Assembly (NCBI RefSeq): GCF_018977255.1
Contig: NW_024704742.1
Location: 30,630,001 to 30,694,000 of the forward strand
Length of the DNA: 64,000 bases
Reading direction: 5' to 3'
Origin: Callorhinchus milii
Lineage: Eukaryota
The notes beneath the pieces are model-generated. The model was not told where the DNA came from. It was given only the letters and a program-made list of their open reading frames with translations, and did no database searches. Of this stretch, positions 37,029 through 50,529 are shown in pieces (within the stretch, counting starts at the first letter, position 1; every line of letters starts with the position of its first letter). The position numbers were made by a program, and so were the translations under genes.

Positions 37029-38719
37029 CTGACGCAAGTTACAGAGAAATGATACAAAACAGAACAATACACAGAAACAAAAAACGTGGCAAATACTGTG
37101 TAAATTAATAGTAATGCGGCAATGCATTTGAGAATTCGCACAAGATGAGTTGGTTTTACATTAGTTACGTAGGAGGGAAACATCCAGATATTCTAAAGTA
37201 CATTTGCAATTGTTATCTATTCGAGTTATGCTGTTTTAATTAAGGCACAAGACACACAGTAGTTGAGCTGTACCTGTGAGGGGAGATAAATTAGATACCT
37301 TTTAAAGTCTCACTGGAGAGTTTATCATCATAAATCTGGTGCATTCCACTGTTGTTTAAGATTAAGATCTATAGCTTGCCTTCAATATGTGAGTCAAGAG
37401 AATAAAAAAGCTCAGAAGGATTCTCCCATTATTTTTGTTTCCGTCTTGTGTGACACCTTTAAACATTGCCTTAGCCACTATATTCCTACCTAAAAGTAAA
37501 TTGGAAGGACAAAGACTAGCAAACATTTGAAAGATCATTGTTTCACTGGCTCTATGTAGGTCCAGTAACACGAACATATGGACGAGATTACTGCATTGCG
37601 GGCACAAAAATGCTGCTGGAAACAAAACATGATGTTAGTGTTGATGTTGATCCTACCCCACGTGAAAGGCGCTATATAAATGCAAGTTGTTGAAGTTGAT
37701 CCTGCACCAATTGAACGTCTTTTTGTAGTTCAGAAACTTGTGNAAAAAATGCAACCAACTTTGAATGGTACATTAAACTTCAAAGAACAAATGTAGAGGT
37801 TGTAAGGTGTAAACCAGGCTATGGAAACGCTCGTCTGTGAAATAAGATAAGACAACATTTCTGACAGCAAGTCTGCACACAAAGAGACGAGACACAGATG
37901 AGAGAACTGGCTACTTGTTCCAATTGGAATTTGCAGTTGAAACCACACTTTGAATCTGCTAACTTTTATATTTAGATTTTTGTTATTTTATTCTTTTTAC
38001 TCAATCCTTTATTATTCTGTGCTGTAGATGTAACATACAGATGGAATTGGTTGTTCACATAGCTGTTTGTGGGACAAATAAGCAAAATTGGCTGCAACAT
38101 TCGCCTATAAAATTGCAAATCATTACGCTTTGCAGTATATTCTGTGAAGTGCTTTGAAACATCCTATATTTAATGATTCTTATTATGTACATGATTTTCT
38201 TTTTAGTAGGGCATTAATGAAATTATAATTGGAAAACAAAACTGCTGAGATTGCTCATATTTTATATTGTCTGTTCCAGCCCAGTGTGAGCTTGTTGATT
38301 GCACAGAGGGTAATTAACAACAGAAACAAGTTGCCAGGAAAGGAGATTGAGGCCAGGACACAAGAGTCAATTAAAAAAAATAGCTGGATGCTGTGATGGG
38401 AGGACAGCATGGTGGGTAGTCTGGAAGGTTTAAAAAAAATTGCAAATTGTGTAACCTTGATTTTTCTGCAAATCTCTCTCAAAATGGATACATCTTCCAG
38501 GAGCCACAAATATGATTTGTTGGCAGTTTGAGAAGGACCATTAATGAGGTGAGAGAGGGGGTGAATCGGAGGGATAGTGGGATGGAGTTCCAGATATCAG
38601 GAGCAGATAGGCTGAAAGCCTAACCGCTGATGGTGGAGCAGGTAGGGCAGGGATGTGACCTCAGTTTAACGTCTCATCCAAAAAGACAGCATCTCCAACA
38701 ATGCTACAATGTTGGGGCA

Positions 38720-39010
38720 GGTACTCGCCTCGCAAGCGAGAGACCTGAGTTTGATTCCCGGCAGGGCGAAACCTTGGGCAAGTTTCCTGACTCCACACGC
38801 CTGAAAATAAACCTTCTAGAAAAAAAACGATAATAATTTGGTCACTCAAACCACAACTGTTTGTGGGACATTGCTGTGCGCAATTGACTGCCGGGTTTCA
38901 CCCACAAATATACAGTCAATTCACTTTACAGTCTATTCTGTGAAGCGCTTTGAGATGTCTCGAAGACGTGAAAAGCGCTATATCAAATGCAAGGATTATT
39001 TTATTATTAA
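38720..39010 (+). mobile_element. SINE short form, 5' clipped
   Basis: Family body and tail; TCGAA loop. Confidence 0.9.
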
Positions 39011-39182
39011 GTGGTATGGAGCCTTACACAGGACAAGTTCCCATCACCAATATATCCACCACTGTGAAAACAGCCTAGAGTTCCTGTAATTCAGGCAAAG
39101 CAAGTAGAGAGCTACTCACTTAATGCATTTTGTTAATATCATGTTGAGAAATATTTCTCTTGTTCGATATTCTTTGGATTTA

Positions 39183-39582
39183 TTTTTGGTCAACAGGGTG
39201 TCTGACAAACACGGAAACCCATCACTATACTTAACAGTATTTAAACCAGACAAAGTTCCACATACGCATGCCACCCACACATGGCCATTTCCCTGTGTCT
39301 GGAATGGAATGTGCGCTCTCTCCCTGGATGGACGCACCCTGTTTAACTGATTCCACAGAGTACTATGCGCAATCCAGAGAGTATTAGATTGGCGAGGTCT
39401 AAGACTTGGGAACCCCAGAGTGTGTGATAGGGTACTGTTGGAGTATAACCAGCTAAAACCACATAGCTTGCCATTGAGAGGAGTGCCTGGCAAGCTTCTT
39501 GTTGTTTGTCAAACTAGGCCACACTACCCATTAGGGCTTTGCCTTGAAGGGTTAACAGGAGCTGAGCGGGAAGAATCCCTGC
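39183..39582 (-). mobile_element. 3'-end copy of the RTE/RTEX-like LINE
   Basis: Aligns by eye with 18085-18460 (tctgaca..ggaaacccatcac, ggaatggaatg, aaccagctaaaacc, gggttaacaggagctgag). Confidence 0.85.
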
Positions 39583-40269
39583 TCCCTCTTGGAAATGATT
39601 CTGCTGGGGGAAATGTGAAGAAACTCTCTATAGAGAGACGGCTGTGAGCTGTTCCATTATGCTCTATACTTTTAATAATAATAACACTTTCAATAACAAG
39701 TTAACAATAATAACCCTTAACAATAATAATAATCCTTACATTTGATATAGCACCTTTACAGAATATTGACTGTATATTTTTTGGGGCGAAACGCACCAGC
39801 CAATTGCGCACAGCAGGTTTCCCACAAACAGTTGTGAATTAAGTGACCAAATTATTATTATTTTTTTTTGAAGGGATTATTACCCCTGGAAAAGTGACCC
39901 ACCAATCTGTCAATATGGTACAGGATTCCACAATCCTTGCATGTGATATAGTGCCAATAAAATTGAAACAACTCAAAGGGTTCACAGTTTAATGCTGTCA
40001 AGTGTGGAGTGTGGAGGACCCGGGTTCCATTCCCGGCAGGTCGAAACATTAGGCAAGTTTCCTTACTCCACACTCCTCTGTTTACCTTGCAGTAAGTAGG
40101 AAACTGGTTGTTAATCAATTGGCGGATTGTTTCCAGTGGTAATAATCCCTTAAAAACAATGTAGTCACTCAATCCACGACTGTTAGTGAGACATTGATGT
40201 GCACAATTGGCTGGCCCGTTTCACCCTAAAAAATATACAATCAATTCTTTTTTTTCTGCCCCTGGAAAA

Positions 40270-42420
40270 ATATCTGCTCCCTCTTACTATCCATGACCTC
40301 ATCCTGGATGAGCACATCGATATTCTTGGGTTTACGGAAACCTAGCTCTCCCCTTGTGACCTCTTGTTGAAGCCTCACCTCCTGGCTACACTTTTCACCA
40401 CACACCTGTCCCAACCTCATTTCCTAAGCTTCCCTTGGTCTATCCCCTTATTCCTCTGGCTGTTTCGCCTCCTTTGAGCACTTAACACTTACCATCCCTC
40501 CTCTCTCTCCCTCAAATTTCTCCTAGTTTACCACCCCACCCTCCCGCTCCCACCCAAACCTCGTGGCTCCTTCCTCACTGATATCTCGTCCCTCCACTCA
40601 TCCCTTTCCTTCTGCACTGAATACTGCTCATAATGAATGATTTTAACCTCCACTTTAATTCCCCTTGCACCATCTCCTCGGATTTCACTGCCATCCTCTC
40701 CTCCCTAAACCTTACCCTCCACATCAACTCGCCGACCCACAACAGTGGCTACTCCCTCGACTTCATCATCACACATGGCCTTACATTTCCGACCTGTCCA
40801 TCATGCACAAGGCCATTTCAGACCACTTTCTCATCTCCGCCTCCTCCCACACCCCCCTCCCCTCCTTCAAGCCCTCCACCATTTTTTTTCTGCACCTGGA
40901 AAAAGTTTTCCCCGAGTCCCTCACAAATGCCCTCTCTTCCTTAGACCTCCTATCCCTCTGGTCCTCCACCCACAGCGATCCTAATGCAGCTGTCAAGCTG
41001 CTGAATGACTGTCTCTCCACAACCTTCAATTCCCTGGCTTCCCTGAAATCCAGGGTTGTTTCCAAACCCACCCGCTCCCCCTGGTACAACAGTTATCTCC
41101 GCTCACTTAAAACACAAACCCGGATGCTCGAGCGCAGATGCAAATCTGGCCTCACGATTCACTGCCAGCTGTGGCTCGAGCATCTCCACACCTACCGCCT
41201 CTCTCCCTTGCACAAGCGAAATCTGACTTTTACTCCAAAGTCATCCTGGAGGCAAACAACAATCCAAAGATGGTGTTTTACACCGTCCATCACCTCCTCC
41301 TAGTGATCATAGACTTCTTCGCCTCAAAGATTGAAAACATCCACTTGGCTGCATTGTCCTTCCCCCACCCCCCACCCATGTTCCCTTCCACCCCTCCCAG
41401 AACTTGACCACCATCTTGTCCCTCTGCCACGGCTCCTGCCACTTCCCCCTTCCTTACACTCTTTTGCCCCCATTTCTCCCTCCTCCCACTCAACCACAAT
41501 CACACGCATGAAGTTCACCACTTGATGCCTCAACCCATCCCCACCCAGCTGCTGGTCACTCAACTCTCCTCCTCTCCTCCCTGCTGGCCGACACAGTCAA
41601 CCAGTCTCTCTCCTCAGGCTCTGTTCCACTACCAGTGAAATCCGCTGTCATCACACCCCTCCTCAAAAAAACACCCTTGGCCCTCTTCTTTTCCTTATCT
41701 ATATGCTCACTCTGAACGATGTTATCCACAGACAGGGGGTAAACTTCCACATGCATGAGGATGACACACAAATCTATTGTAAAAACAACTTCAAAATTAA
41801 GATTGAATACACTGATTTGGGGAAATCTGGACACTGTAAATTGCAAAGAAATAGAGTATATGAAGTGGTGGAATTTCTCTCCATGTATTTGCTTTCTTAT
41901 CAAATCAGAGCCCCACATTGTTAAAAACAACAACTAGCATTTATACAGCGCTCTTCAAGCGGGAGGTGACACATCCCTAAGCATGCACAAGGGATTTGGC
42001 TGCATTTGGGGTAATATGTAATCGGAGGTACCAACTCAAGGTCCACCGATGTTCTATCAGCTTGTCTAGCAGACATCAGGGCTTGGATGAGTGCAAACTT
42101 CCTACAGCTGAATATGGACAAGACAGATGCCATACTCCTTGGCTTCCATCAATGTCTTTACTCCTGCGGATCTAAACTCATCAGCCTCCCTGGGTTCTCC
42201 CTCAGACTCCCCGAACCAGTGCGCAATCTAGGCATCCAGTTCGATCCCCAGCTGTCCTTTCTCCCTCACATCCGGTCTCTGACTAGGACCACCTTCTTCC
42301 ACCTCCACCACATTGTCCGCCTCCGACGGTACCTTACCCCAAATGCAGCCAAATTCCTCGTGCATGCTTTTTGGCACCTCCCGCTTGAAGAGAGCTATAT
42401 AAATGTAAGTTGTTGTTTTT
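40270..42420 (+). mobile_element. Longer L2 relic including APE endonuclease region, with multiple deletions and an inserted inverted duplication
   Basis: ILGFTET, NDFNLH, SDHFLI (APE), SPWY, HEDDTQIY (decayed YADD), NFLQLNMDKT, RNLGIQFD. Confidence 0.9.
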
Positions 42421-42678
42421 AACATTGTGGGACTCTAATTTGATAAGAAAGCAAATACATGGAGAGGAATTCCACCACTTCATATAATCTATTTCTTTGT
42501 AATTTACAGTGTCCAGACTTCCCCAAATCAGTGAATTCAGTCTTAATTTTTAAGTTTTTTTACAATAAGAATCCTTGCATTTAATATAGCGTTGTTTTGA
42601 AAGAACTTGCAGAAGTTCAAAATTCAAAATTAAGGTTGCATTTTGCAATTCGGTAAATTCTACCCATTAGAGTATTGG

Positions 42679-43085
42679 TGTGTCAGTTTGGCTCAGTTGG
42701 TAGCACTCTCACCTCTGAGTCAGAAGATTGTGGGTTCAAGCCCCATGTCGGGACTTGGAACTCACATCGTCTAAACTGACGCTCCAATGTAGTGCTGGGT
42801 GGGTGTGCACTGTTTGAGGTACCGTCCTTCAGATGAGAAGTTAAACTGAGGTCCGGTCTGCCTGTTCAGGTGGACGTTAAAGATCCCATGGCACACTATT
42901 CGAAAAGATAAGGGAGTTTCTCCCGGTGTCCTGGCCATCAATCTCCCAAATATGTTTTTCATGGCTGTTTGTGAGACATTGTTGTGCATTGGCCCACAAA
43001 ACAGTCACACCACTTTACAATACATGCTGTGAAGGTGCTTTGGGTTGTCCTGCCAACGTGAAAGGCGTTATATCATATGTAACGG
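42679..43085 (+). mobile_element. Near full-length old DeuSINE (SacSINE1-like)
   Basis: ggctcagttggtagcactctcacctctgagtcagaag head; gtggacgttaaagatcccatggcac and ctcccggtgtcctggcca Deu body. Confidence 0.9.
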
Positions 43086-43530
43086 AATTATTGTTATTTC
43101 TGTGCTTCACACAGGAATTCTGCACATTAGGAATGAGTGAGATGTCTCGGTGCACTGACCCTGTGACAGGTTAAGGCAGCCACCAACAGGATTTGATAGT
43201 TCTGCCCAAAATCAATAATGGTTAAAGGCTGTAATATCATTTCAAGTTGTAATGTCACAAAGCTTCAGCCGAAGAACTGCAATAAATCTGTCAGACCGCG
43301 GCAACTTTAAACAAATAGAAAAACAAACACGCGCTAATCAGATCTCAGGTGCACAAAGTCGGCCCGAGTCACCACTGAAGTAACCATCATCAATAATAAA
43401 GGGAACGATGCTCCCTCAGCAAGCTAGCACAAATTTGTCCACAGAAAGGGAGCGACTTCTCAGACTGGGCAGCACAATGTATTTTGCTGGAAGGAACACT
43501 ACATCATACAAAAAGCAATCTTAAACCTAC

Positions 43531-43571
43531 CGCAGCTTCAACATGCACGCTTTTAGAATTGTAATTACGTC
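43531..43571 (-). CDS. Candidate 41-nt exon (DVITILKACMLKLR) or alternative first exon (MLKLR)
   Basis: 67-nt AG-free region with a (CT)n tract, CCCAG acceptor and GCG|GTAGGT donor; TATAAAT ~20 nt upstream of the acceptor; CpG-retaining unique context. Confidence 0.35.
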
Positions 43572-43796
43572 CTGGGTTTGTTAAAGTGATTTATAGCGAG
43601 GCAGGGAGAAGTAATGCAGAGAGAGAGAGTAGGTGTTTTGCTGTTCTCAGAGCTCGTGTGACAATACGATTCGTGGACGAGACTCGAGGCAGTGAAATCT
43701 CAGTGTGAAATTCTCACTCTTGCTCCATGCCAGAGCTCGCAGTCTTGATCGAGCAACAATCTATTTTCTACATGTGACAACTTTGCGTATATAGTG

Positions 43797-44051
43797 CAGG
43801 ATGACCAAACTCCCCTATTTCCGGGGCAGTTCCTGGATGAGATATTGAGGCTGCACCTTCAGCCACAACGCCCCAAATCTCTGGAACAGTTTTCCTCTCT
43901 CCCTCCACCTTGCCCCCTCCTCCGCCCTTCAGGTCGCTCCTGAAGACTTTCCTCTTCGACTGTGCCTACGGTCACCTACACCCACCGCCTCCCCCACCCT
44001 CCCACCCGGTTCAACATCCCCAGATTTGGCTTATCAAACTTGGTCATCCTA
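43797..44051. mobile_element. hAT (Blackjack-type) MITE containing an L2 fragment
   Basis: TIRs AGGATGACCAA / TTGGTCATCCT; 8-bp TSD ATATAGTG (43789-43796) / ATATAGAG (44052-44059). Confidence 0.85.
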
Positions 44052-44379
44052 ATATAGAGGTGATTGGCAATGGAGAAAAAGTAAGGTGTGAAGATATAAT
44101 TATGACACCAAACAATTTTTAAAACATTAGCATTATTAAATAAATTAAAACGGAATATATTGTTGCCATAACAATGCTGACCGTTATGTAAGTGAGACTG
44201 TCTGAAATGCGGGAATACTGTGCTTTCCTATTTATTTTCAGTGCATTAATGACAATTTGTAACTCCACACTAACATAGCACAGGCACATTCATCATATCC
44301 ATGTAAACAAGAACCTAACTTGACCACTCCCAGTTCTGTGCCCTCCTTCACTGAAAGTCAGCACCACCCTCCCGCCCCA

Positions 44380-44608
44380 TATTCTGTACATTACCACAAC
44401 CCCTTTGTACATTAAGCCCCCGTTTGCAATGCTCCATACGCTACCTTTTGCCCCCAACCAATGCTCTGTACATGAACCCTCTGTAAACTAATACCCCTCA
44501 TTCTACACTAAACTTTGCTCTCCCCCCCACACAGTTCACTAACCAACTGTACACTAACACTCCTCACCACACACTAACCCTCTATCCTCAGCGCTCTCTA
44601 CGCTAGCA
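44380..44608. repeat. Degenerate minisatellite, core ~CTGTACACTAAC
   Basis: About ten variants of ctgtaca/cactaac separated by C-rich spacers. Confidence 0.65.
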
Positions 44609-47600
44609 TGTATATAATGAGGCGTCTGGCATTGACTGAGAACATATTTAGTTGATGCCTGCAACTGTTTCCCTAATTTCCTAAAGTATGTCTTGAGATT
44701 GGATAAGAATTACAATGCCTTTATGAGGTACCATAGCCAAAGATTTATATAAATTGACTGTGCAGCACAATTCATTTTCTTTAATAAAAGATTCTGTGCA
44801 ATTTTGATGGAGATTTATAGCTCTGCTTTCTAAAAGCAAATTTTCCCATTTTTTCATCTGCTGGTTCAAGGTTGTATAATCAGAGTATAAACCCTTGCTC
44901 AATGCTAGAGGATGAATTAAATTTCTATGAAATAGACCCATTAAAAATAATTCAGTGCAAGAAAAGCTCCAGCCAGGGGTGTAGTTCATGTAAATATGTC
45001 TACAAAAAAAGGTTTCTAATTTAAAGTTAGCAACAGGCTGTAAAAAATATTGGGTTTTCCTTACACTGTTCTCTATAAATAATAATCTTTTGCTTCAGAA
45101 TGAAAAAAACACTATTTTTTGGCCATCGGGACAGAAGTTCACCCACTGAGAGAAAGGGTGGGAGAAACTAGCTACAACAACAATGACAAAAATTTGTACA
45201 GCACCTTTCACATCGGGAGGACGTACACGACAATCCCTGCTGCTGTTGACTTCTCCTTTTTCTATTTAACATTTATATTATTATTATTATAAGACATTCA
45301 TTCAATAGTGTCATAATAATCCCTGAATTTGATATAGCGTCTTATCGCGCTGTTGAGACGTCTCAAAGTGCTTCACAGAATATACTGTTAAGTGAATTGA
45401 CTGTATATTTTGTGGGCGAAACTCAGCAGTCAATTGCTGCTAGGTCCCATAAACAGCATAGGTGAATGACCAATTAAGGAGGATTGTTGGCTAAGGCACT
45501 AGTAGAAACTCCCTTCTTTTTTTGAATAGCATCATAGAATCTTTGATGGCTACTTGAAGGACAGGTAATACAAGGCTTTAGTTTACATCCAAAGAATGGC
45601 AATGGAACACTCCCTTGTTACCACACCAGGTCATCAGCCTTGACTATGAGCTAAAGCCTCAATTTGGGACTTGAATCCACAGGCTTGTTAAAAGGGAAAC
45701 AATTGCACTTTAAGCAGTAGTTCCCCAAAAGAATCAATAGCTGAAAAATGACTGTAAAGTGTCTGATTGTTTACCAGTTATTCATTTATCAAAATATTAC
45801 TTTCTGCCTATTGGGAATATTGCACTTGTTGCTAAGCTGTTCACTTTACATAATGTTTGTTCATTACACAATGGGATGCACTGAGGGAGGGAGTATGAGG
45901 AGCAATGCTGTACATAGATGCACATAGTTCATGAAGATAATTAGATTTTAGCTTTTTAGTTGGTCTCTCGTGCTCATTTAATTTTCTGAACTGCAGAAGG
46001 ACAATAAAGGAAAAATTGTCTTTTCCAACAGAAACCATATGGGATGAGCAGAAGCGAGATCCCACTGCAGAGATTTGCATTCTGGCCTCCTCTCTGTTCT
46101 GACCTGTTACAGCAAAAGGTGAACAGCAACAGGTCACTTAATCTGCAATATGAATAATAATCCTTACATTTGATGCAATGCATTGCACATTGGAAGGATG
46201 TCTTAAAATGCTTCACGGATATACTGTTAAGTGGAATGACTAGGCAAATACAGTAGCTAATTTGCATACATAAATGTCCCAGTAACAGCCATGAAGTAAA
46301 TTTTATCTGGACTCATAATGTAATGTGGATGACAAACCTGGGAGGTGATAAATTGGCACTTTGTGTCCTGCTTTAAAATGGGGAGGTTACAAAAGGCAAG
46401 ACCTTAACACTGGCTTTGAAAAGAGGAAAAAAGTTACTTTGCAAACTCCATTTTTCCATCTGCCAAATTCCTTCCCAGCCTGATGTTTCCTGGCTGTACT
46501 GTTCGTTTCATTTTCTTCCCTTCCCTCTTGCTATGATTTTACCTTCACCAACATGCCTAGGCAGAAGGCATTTTAAAATCCCCTGTAAGTTCCATTCAAT
46601 TCTCCAAGTGGTGCAGCACTCAGACGATACTTGTTGCATGTTCAGATCCCAGTCTGTGTTAAATGAGTAGGGCCAGATCAGATTGACCTTGTGTGGCCCT
46701 GACACCAAAAACATTTGTGGGTCCCATTTTCATGTGCTCTATTTATAAGTAATGGGCTCAGTGGCAGATTGGTTCCCCAAAAGGCCTCAGGAATGTGAGG
46801 TAAAATTGGGGTGCCAATTCTTCGGTCCAATCACAGGGGGTACTCGGGAACCAATCACGGGGAATCTCAGAAAATTTCCCAATTTCACATATCGGCAGTA
46901 TAAGTCCGCAGCTAAATGTCCCCTTTGTGAGCGTGGGCCATTGGCCCCATTGTTAATCCGTGACTGTGAATGATCTGATCGTACCTTAGGGTACCTGCTA
47001 ACATGCTACAATTCGGCTCTGTACCCATTAGGCCATTAAGCGGACTACCTGAAAATAACTACAAGACAATATGAAAAAGTCAAACGGTTGTCACAAGATA
47101 TTGGGAAAAGTACTGACTTAGCACAGTAGAGCTACTCTTGCTCTTGTGTATTTAATTAAATTGTAATTGAAAATTGATTGGATTTCCTTGCAGAGAGAGT
47201 TTGTCAGTATTAAACCATGTACAAGAGGGCATGCAATGGCTTCCACAACAGCATGCTGTGTGCATAACCCAAAAAGGAAAGATAACTCAAATAGAAACTG
47301 CATGACTAGGGAAAACGAAAAGGGGGGAAAATAACTGTCCTGAGCCGCTGTGCCAGGAAATCAATTGGCAATCAGAAGAGAAGGAATATGCCATTCATGG
47401 CACTAATCTACATAATCTCTTGACCTTTAGGGTACTGAAGATGATTGGAGAGCTCATTTTTATTCAGGGCATGTTAATATGAAAGTCTTTCCTTTATTTT
47501 CAGCCTCCAGTCTATTGACTAGATGGAAGCCAGTCCTGGCTAGAGAAACTGGTATAATGAAATATTTGGTATCTGAAGACAGGAAATTCTTGATATTTGC

Positions 47601-48407
47601 AATTCATGAGGCGGCTAAACAGCAAAATCTGAAAACAGTGGAGCATCAATCTAAATGGCATGATTTTAATTCCAAAGAAATTTGGAGGTAATATGTATTT
47701 TTTTACTTTTGTTTTCACAGGAGCCAATCCTACATTGATCAATGATTTGCTGCTTCCAATTTCAATACGCATTATGTTAGATTATTTAATTCCAAAAGGC
47801 AGCAGGTTTTCTGAGTTGCAGCATTAAAAGACAGAAACATAATTTGAAACATTATTTTGAGATTGCTGATGTTGCAGAGAGCTTGTGATTAAGCATGATC
47901 ATTCACCTTGATAAGGCATTCGCATCAGCAATCATAGGTGACTGCAGATTCACTGCTTGCAAGAAGTTCACTTCAAACAGTCCATCTGAATGTAGCAATT
48001 TGTGCTCTCTTAACAAATATCTGAGCTCAAAATTGCAATATTTCTAAACACATACAAATGTGTCTTGAAATACCCAAACCGAGCTGAAAAGCCCTGCGTG
48101 CCTCCATCGGGGATTCACTTGAAAATGTTTGATTCCTGAAAACAGCCTTTCTGAGGTTATTCAGGGAAGGGAATTTCTCCTAGCGTCAACAATCCCTCAG
48201 ATAAAATTGGTCATTGACTTCATGGCTGTTTGTGGGACAATGCAATGCGCAAACTGGCTGTCCATTTGCGCACAAAATACACAGTCATTACATTTTACAG
48301 TAAAGTCATGTGAAGTGCTTTCAGACGTCTTGATCACATGATAAGCGCTATATCAAATGCAAGGATTATTATAAGTGCCACTGGAATGTTGACATCCATG
48401 ACCTGCC

Positions 48408-49010
48408 AACAACAGCAACAAAATTATATTTGTATAGTGCCTTTCATGTCAGGGGGACGTCCCAAGGCACTGGACAGTCGGTGTTTCGGACCCGAGCTGA
48501 GGGTCGGGATTGGGGAGGGTAGAGGGCAGGGGGGGAAGGAGGGGGATCGAAAGCACGGTCGAAGAGGAGGTTCTTGAGATGGGTCTTGAAGGAGGCAAGG
48601 GAGGGGGCGAGGCAGAGGGACTGCGGGATGGAGTTCCAGAAGGTGGGGGCAGAGTGGCAGAAAGCCTGCCCACCAATGGTGGGGCAGGCGAGGCGGGGGA
48701 CGTGAAGCAGGCCGGAGCCCGCTGAGCAGTGGGAGTGGGCAAAATGGTAGGGGGTTAGGAAGTCACAGAGGAAGGTGGGAGCAAGGCTATGGAGGGTTTT
48801 GAAGGTGAGGACCAGGATCTTGTACTGTATCCTCTGTGTGATGTGAAGCCAGTGCAGTTGGGCGAGGATGGGGGTGTTAGGTTCAAGGAGCCTGGTGCAG
48901 GAGAACACGGGCTGCAGAGGTCTGGATGATCTGCAACCTATGGAGGGAGGCGTTGGGGAGGCCAACAAGCAAGGAATTTGCATAGTCAAGCCTGGTTGTG
49001 ATGCATGCTT
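48408..49010 (-). mobile_element. L2 LINE 3' fragment (family A)
   Basis: LHWLHITQRIQYKIL..GGQAF..LKNLLFDRAF and tail. Confidence 0.95.
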
Positions 49011-49534
49011 GTATGACGGGTTTTGGTGGCCTAATTCCAATAGCAGCCATGACTTAATTTCTAGAGTAGTTTCATTCTAGACGTAAAATAAATGAAGACT
49101 AGGTACAGTCTGCACTGTATGTATGAACATGTTATATGCAAAACAAAATGCATGGTTGTAATGCAATGAATACTTAGTTACTCAAATCCACTATTTATGA
49201 AGTGCTGGAATATAATTCAGCAAAATTGGATTTGAATTCCAGCCTCAAGCATTATTTGAGCTCATTGATTCTCCACATGCACATTCCTTCAATCCGCAGG
49301 AAGGCAGCTGTGAAGGAAAGATCGCCAGTAGTAGTTCAGCACATTTCTAGGCTGACTCTAATACGTTACTGGGCTGTCCTTCAGCTGAGACGTTAAACCA
49401 AGGTATCATCTGCTTATTCCGGTGGATGTTAAAGATCCCATGGTATTATTCGGAAAAGAGAAGGAAACTGGTACAGAACACAATGGGACGAATGGCCTTC
49501 TTCTCTGCTGTAAATTTCTGTGCTTCTATCATTC

Positions 49535-49980
49535 TGTGCGCAATTGGTTGCCGCATTTTGCGCACAAAATACACAGTAACTACTTTACAATGTATTCCTT
49601 GAAGCACTTTGAGATGTCTCGAAGACGTATTAAGACGCTATATCAAATGCAAGGAATATTATTTTTATTATTATTATGATAAAAAACTTTGCATTTGATA
49701 TAGCGCTTTTACGTCTTCAAGAGGTTTCAGAGCTCTTCACAGAATATACTGTAAAATGAATTGATTGTACATTTGTGGGAGAAACACAGCAGCCAATCGT
49801 GCCCAGCAGTGTCCCACAAACAGTCGAATGACCAATTTATTACTGCTTTTTTTTCTTGAGGGATTATTATCAGGCTTGTGGAGTAAGGAAACTTGCCCAA
49901 GGTTTTGCCCTATCTGGAATCAAACGCAGGCCTCTCGCTTGCGAGGCAAGTGCTCTAACCACTGAGCTACAGGACTCCAT
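49535..49980. mobile_element. Tail-to-tail SINE pair (+ partial 49535-49678; - full 49685-49980)
   Basis: Two family copies meeting at an AT-rich tail. Confidence 0.9.
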
Positions 49981-50529
49981 TCTTTGGCCTTAGGAGTGTG
50001 AGGTATTACACGCTGTCAAAGGCAATGGAAGTATCCACATTGATGAAACATGAATCACCAAACGCAGAGGTGTACTCAAACTAATCAACAGTCGATGCTG
50101 ATAAAAGAAATTGAAAATCCTAAAACATTTCTATCAATTTATTTTATTAAATGACAAGCGTACTCTTCAAGGCAAAGGGGGAGACACAAAGGGGGAGAAG
50201 TAAAGAGAAAAAGGATAAAAACAAGGGCAAATTTCAATCCTATAACTCAAAGGAACAGCTCACCACGAGAGGGGAATCTTGAACAGTTTTATGAATGTCA
50301 CTTTGACGCAAACAGTGTCAATAGCAGAACATCTAACTTGCGACAGATTGTTCTTTTATACAATATATGCATAGAATCATAGAATTACACAGCACAGAAG
50401 GAGGTCATTCAGTCCATCGTATCTGTGCCGGCTCTTTGAAAAGAGCTACCCAAATCAATTCCACTCCCACTACTAGTTGAATTCTGAAGGGATTTGGGTT
50501 TATTACAATTTTATAACAAATGTCACCGA

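Noticed and set aside
44380..44608. CRISPR-like array or QKI/branch-point (ACTAAC) cluster
   Set aside because: Repeats are degenerate with irregular spacing in eukaryotic DNA, and ACTAAC is antisense to the putative transcript.
47504..47688. Plus-strand exon (ttttcag...GAG|gtaata)
   Set aside because: The peptide is unrecognisable, no partner exons were found on that strand, and it conflicts with the minus-strand signals.
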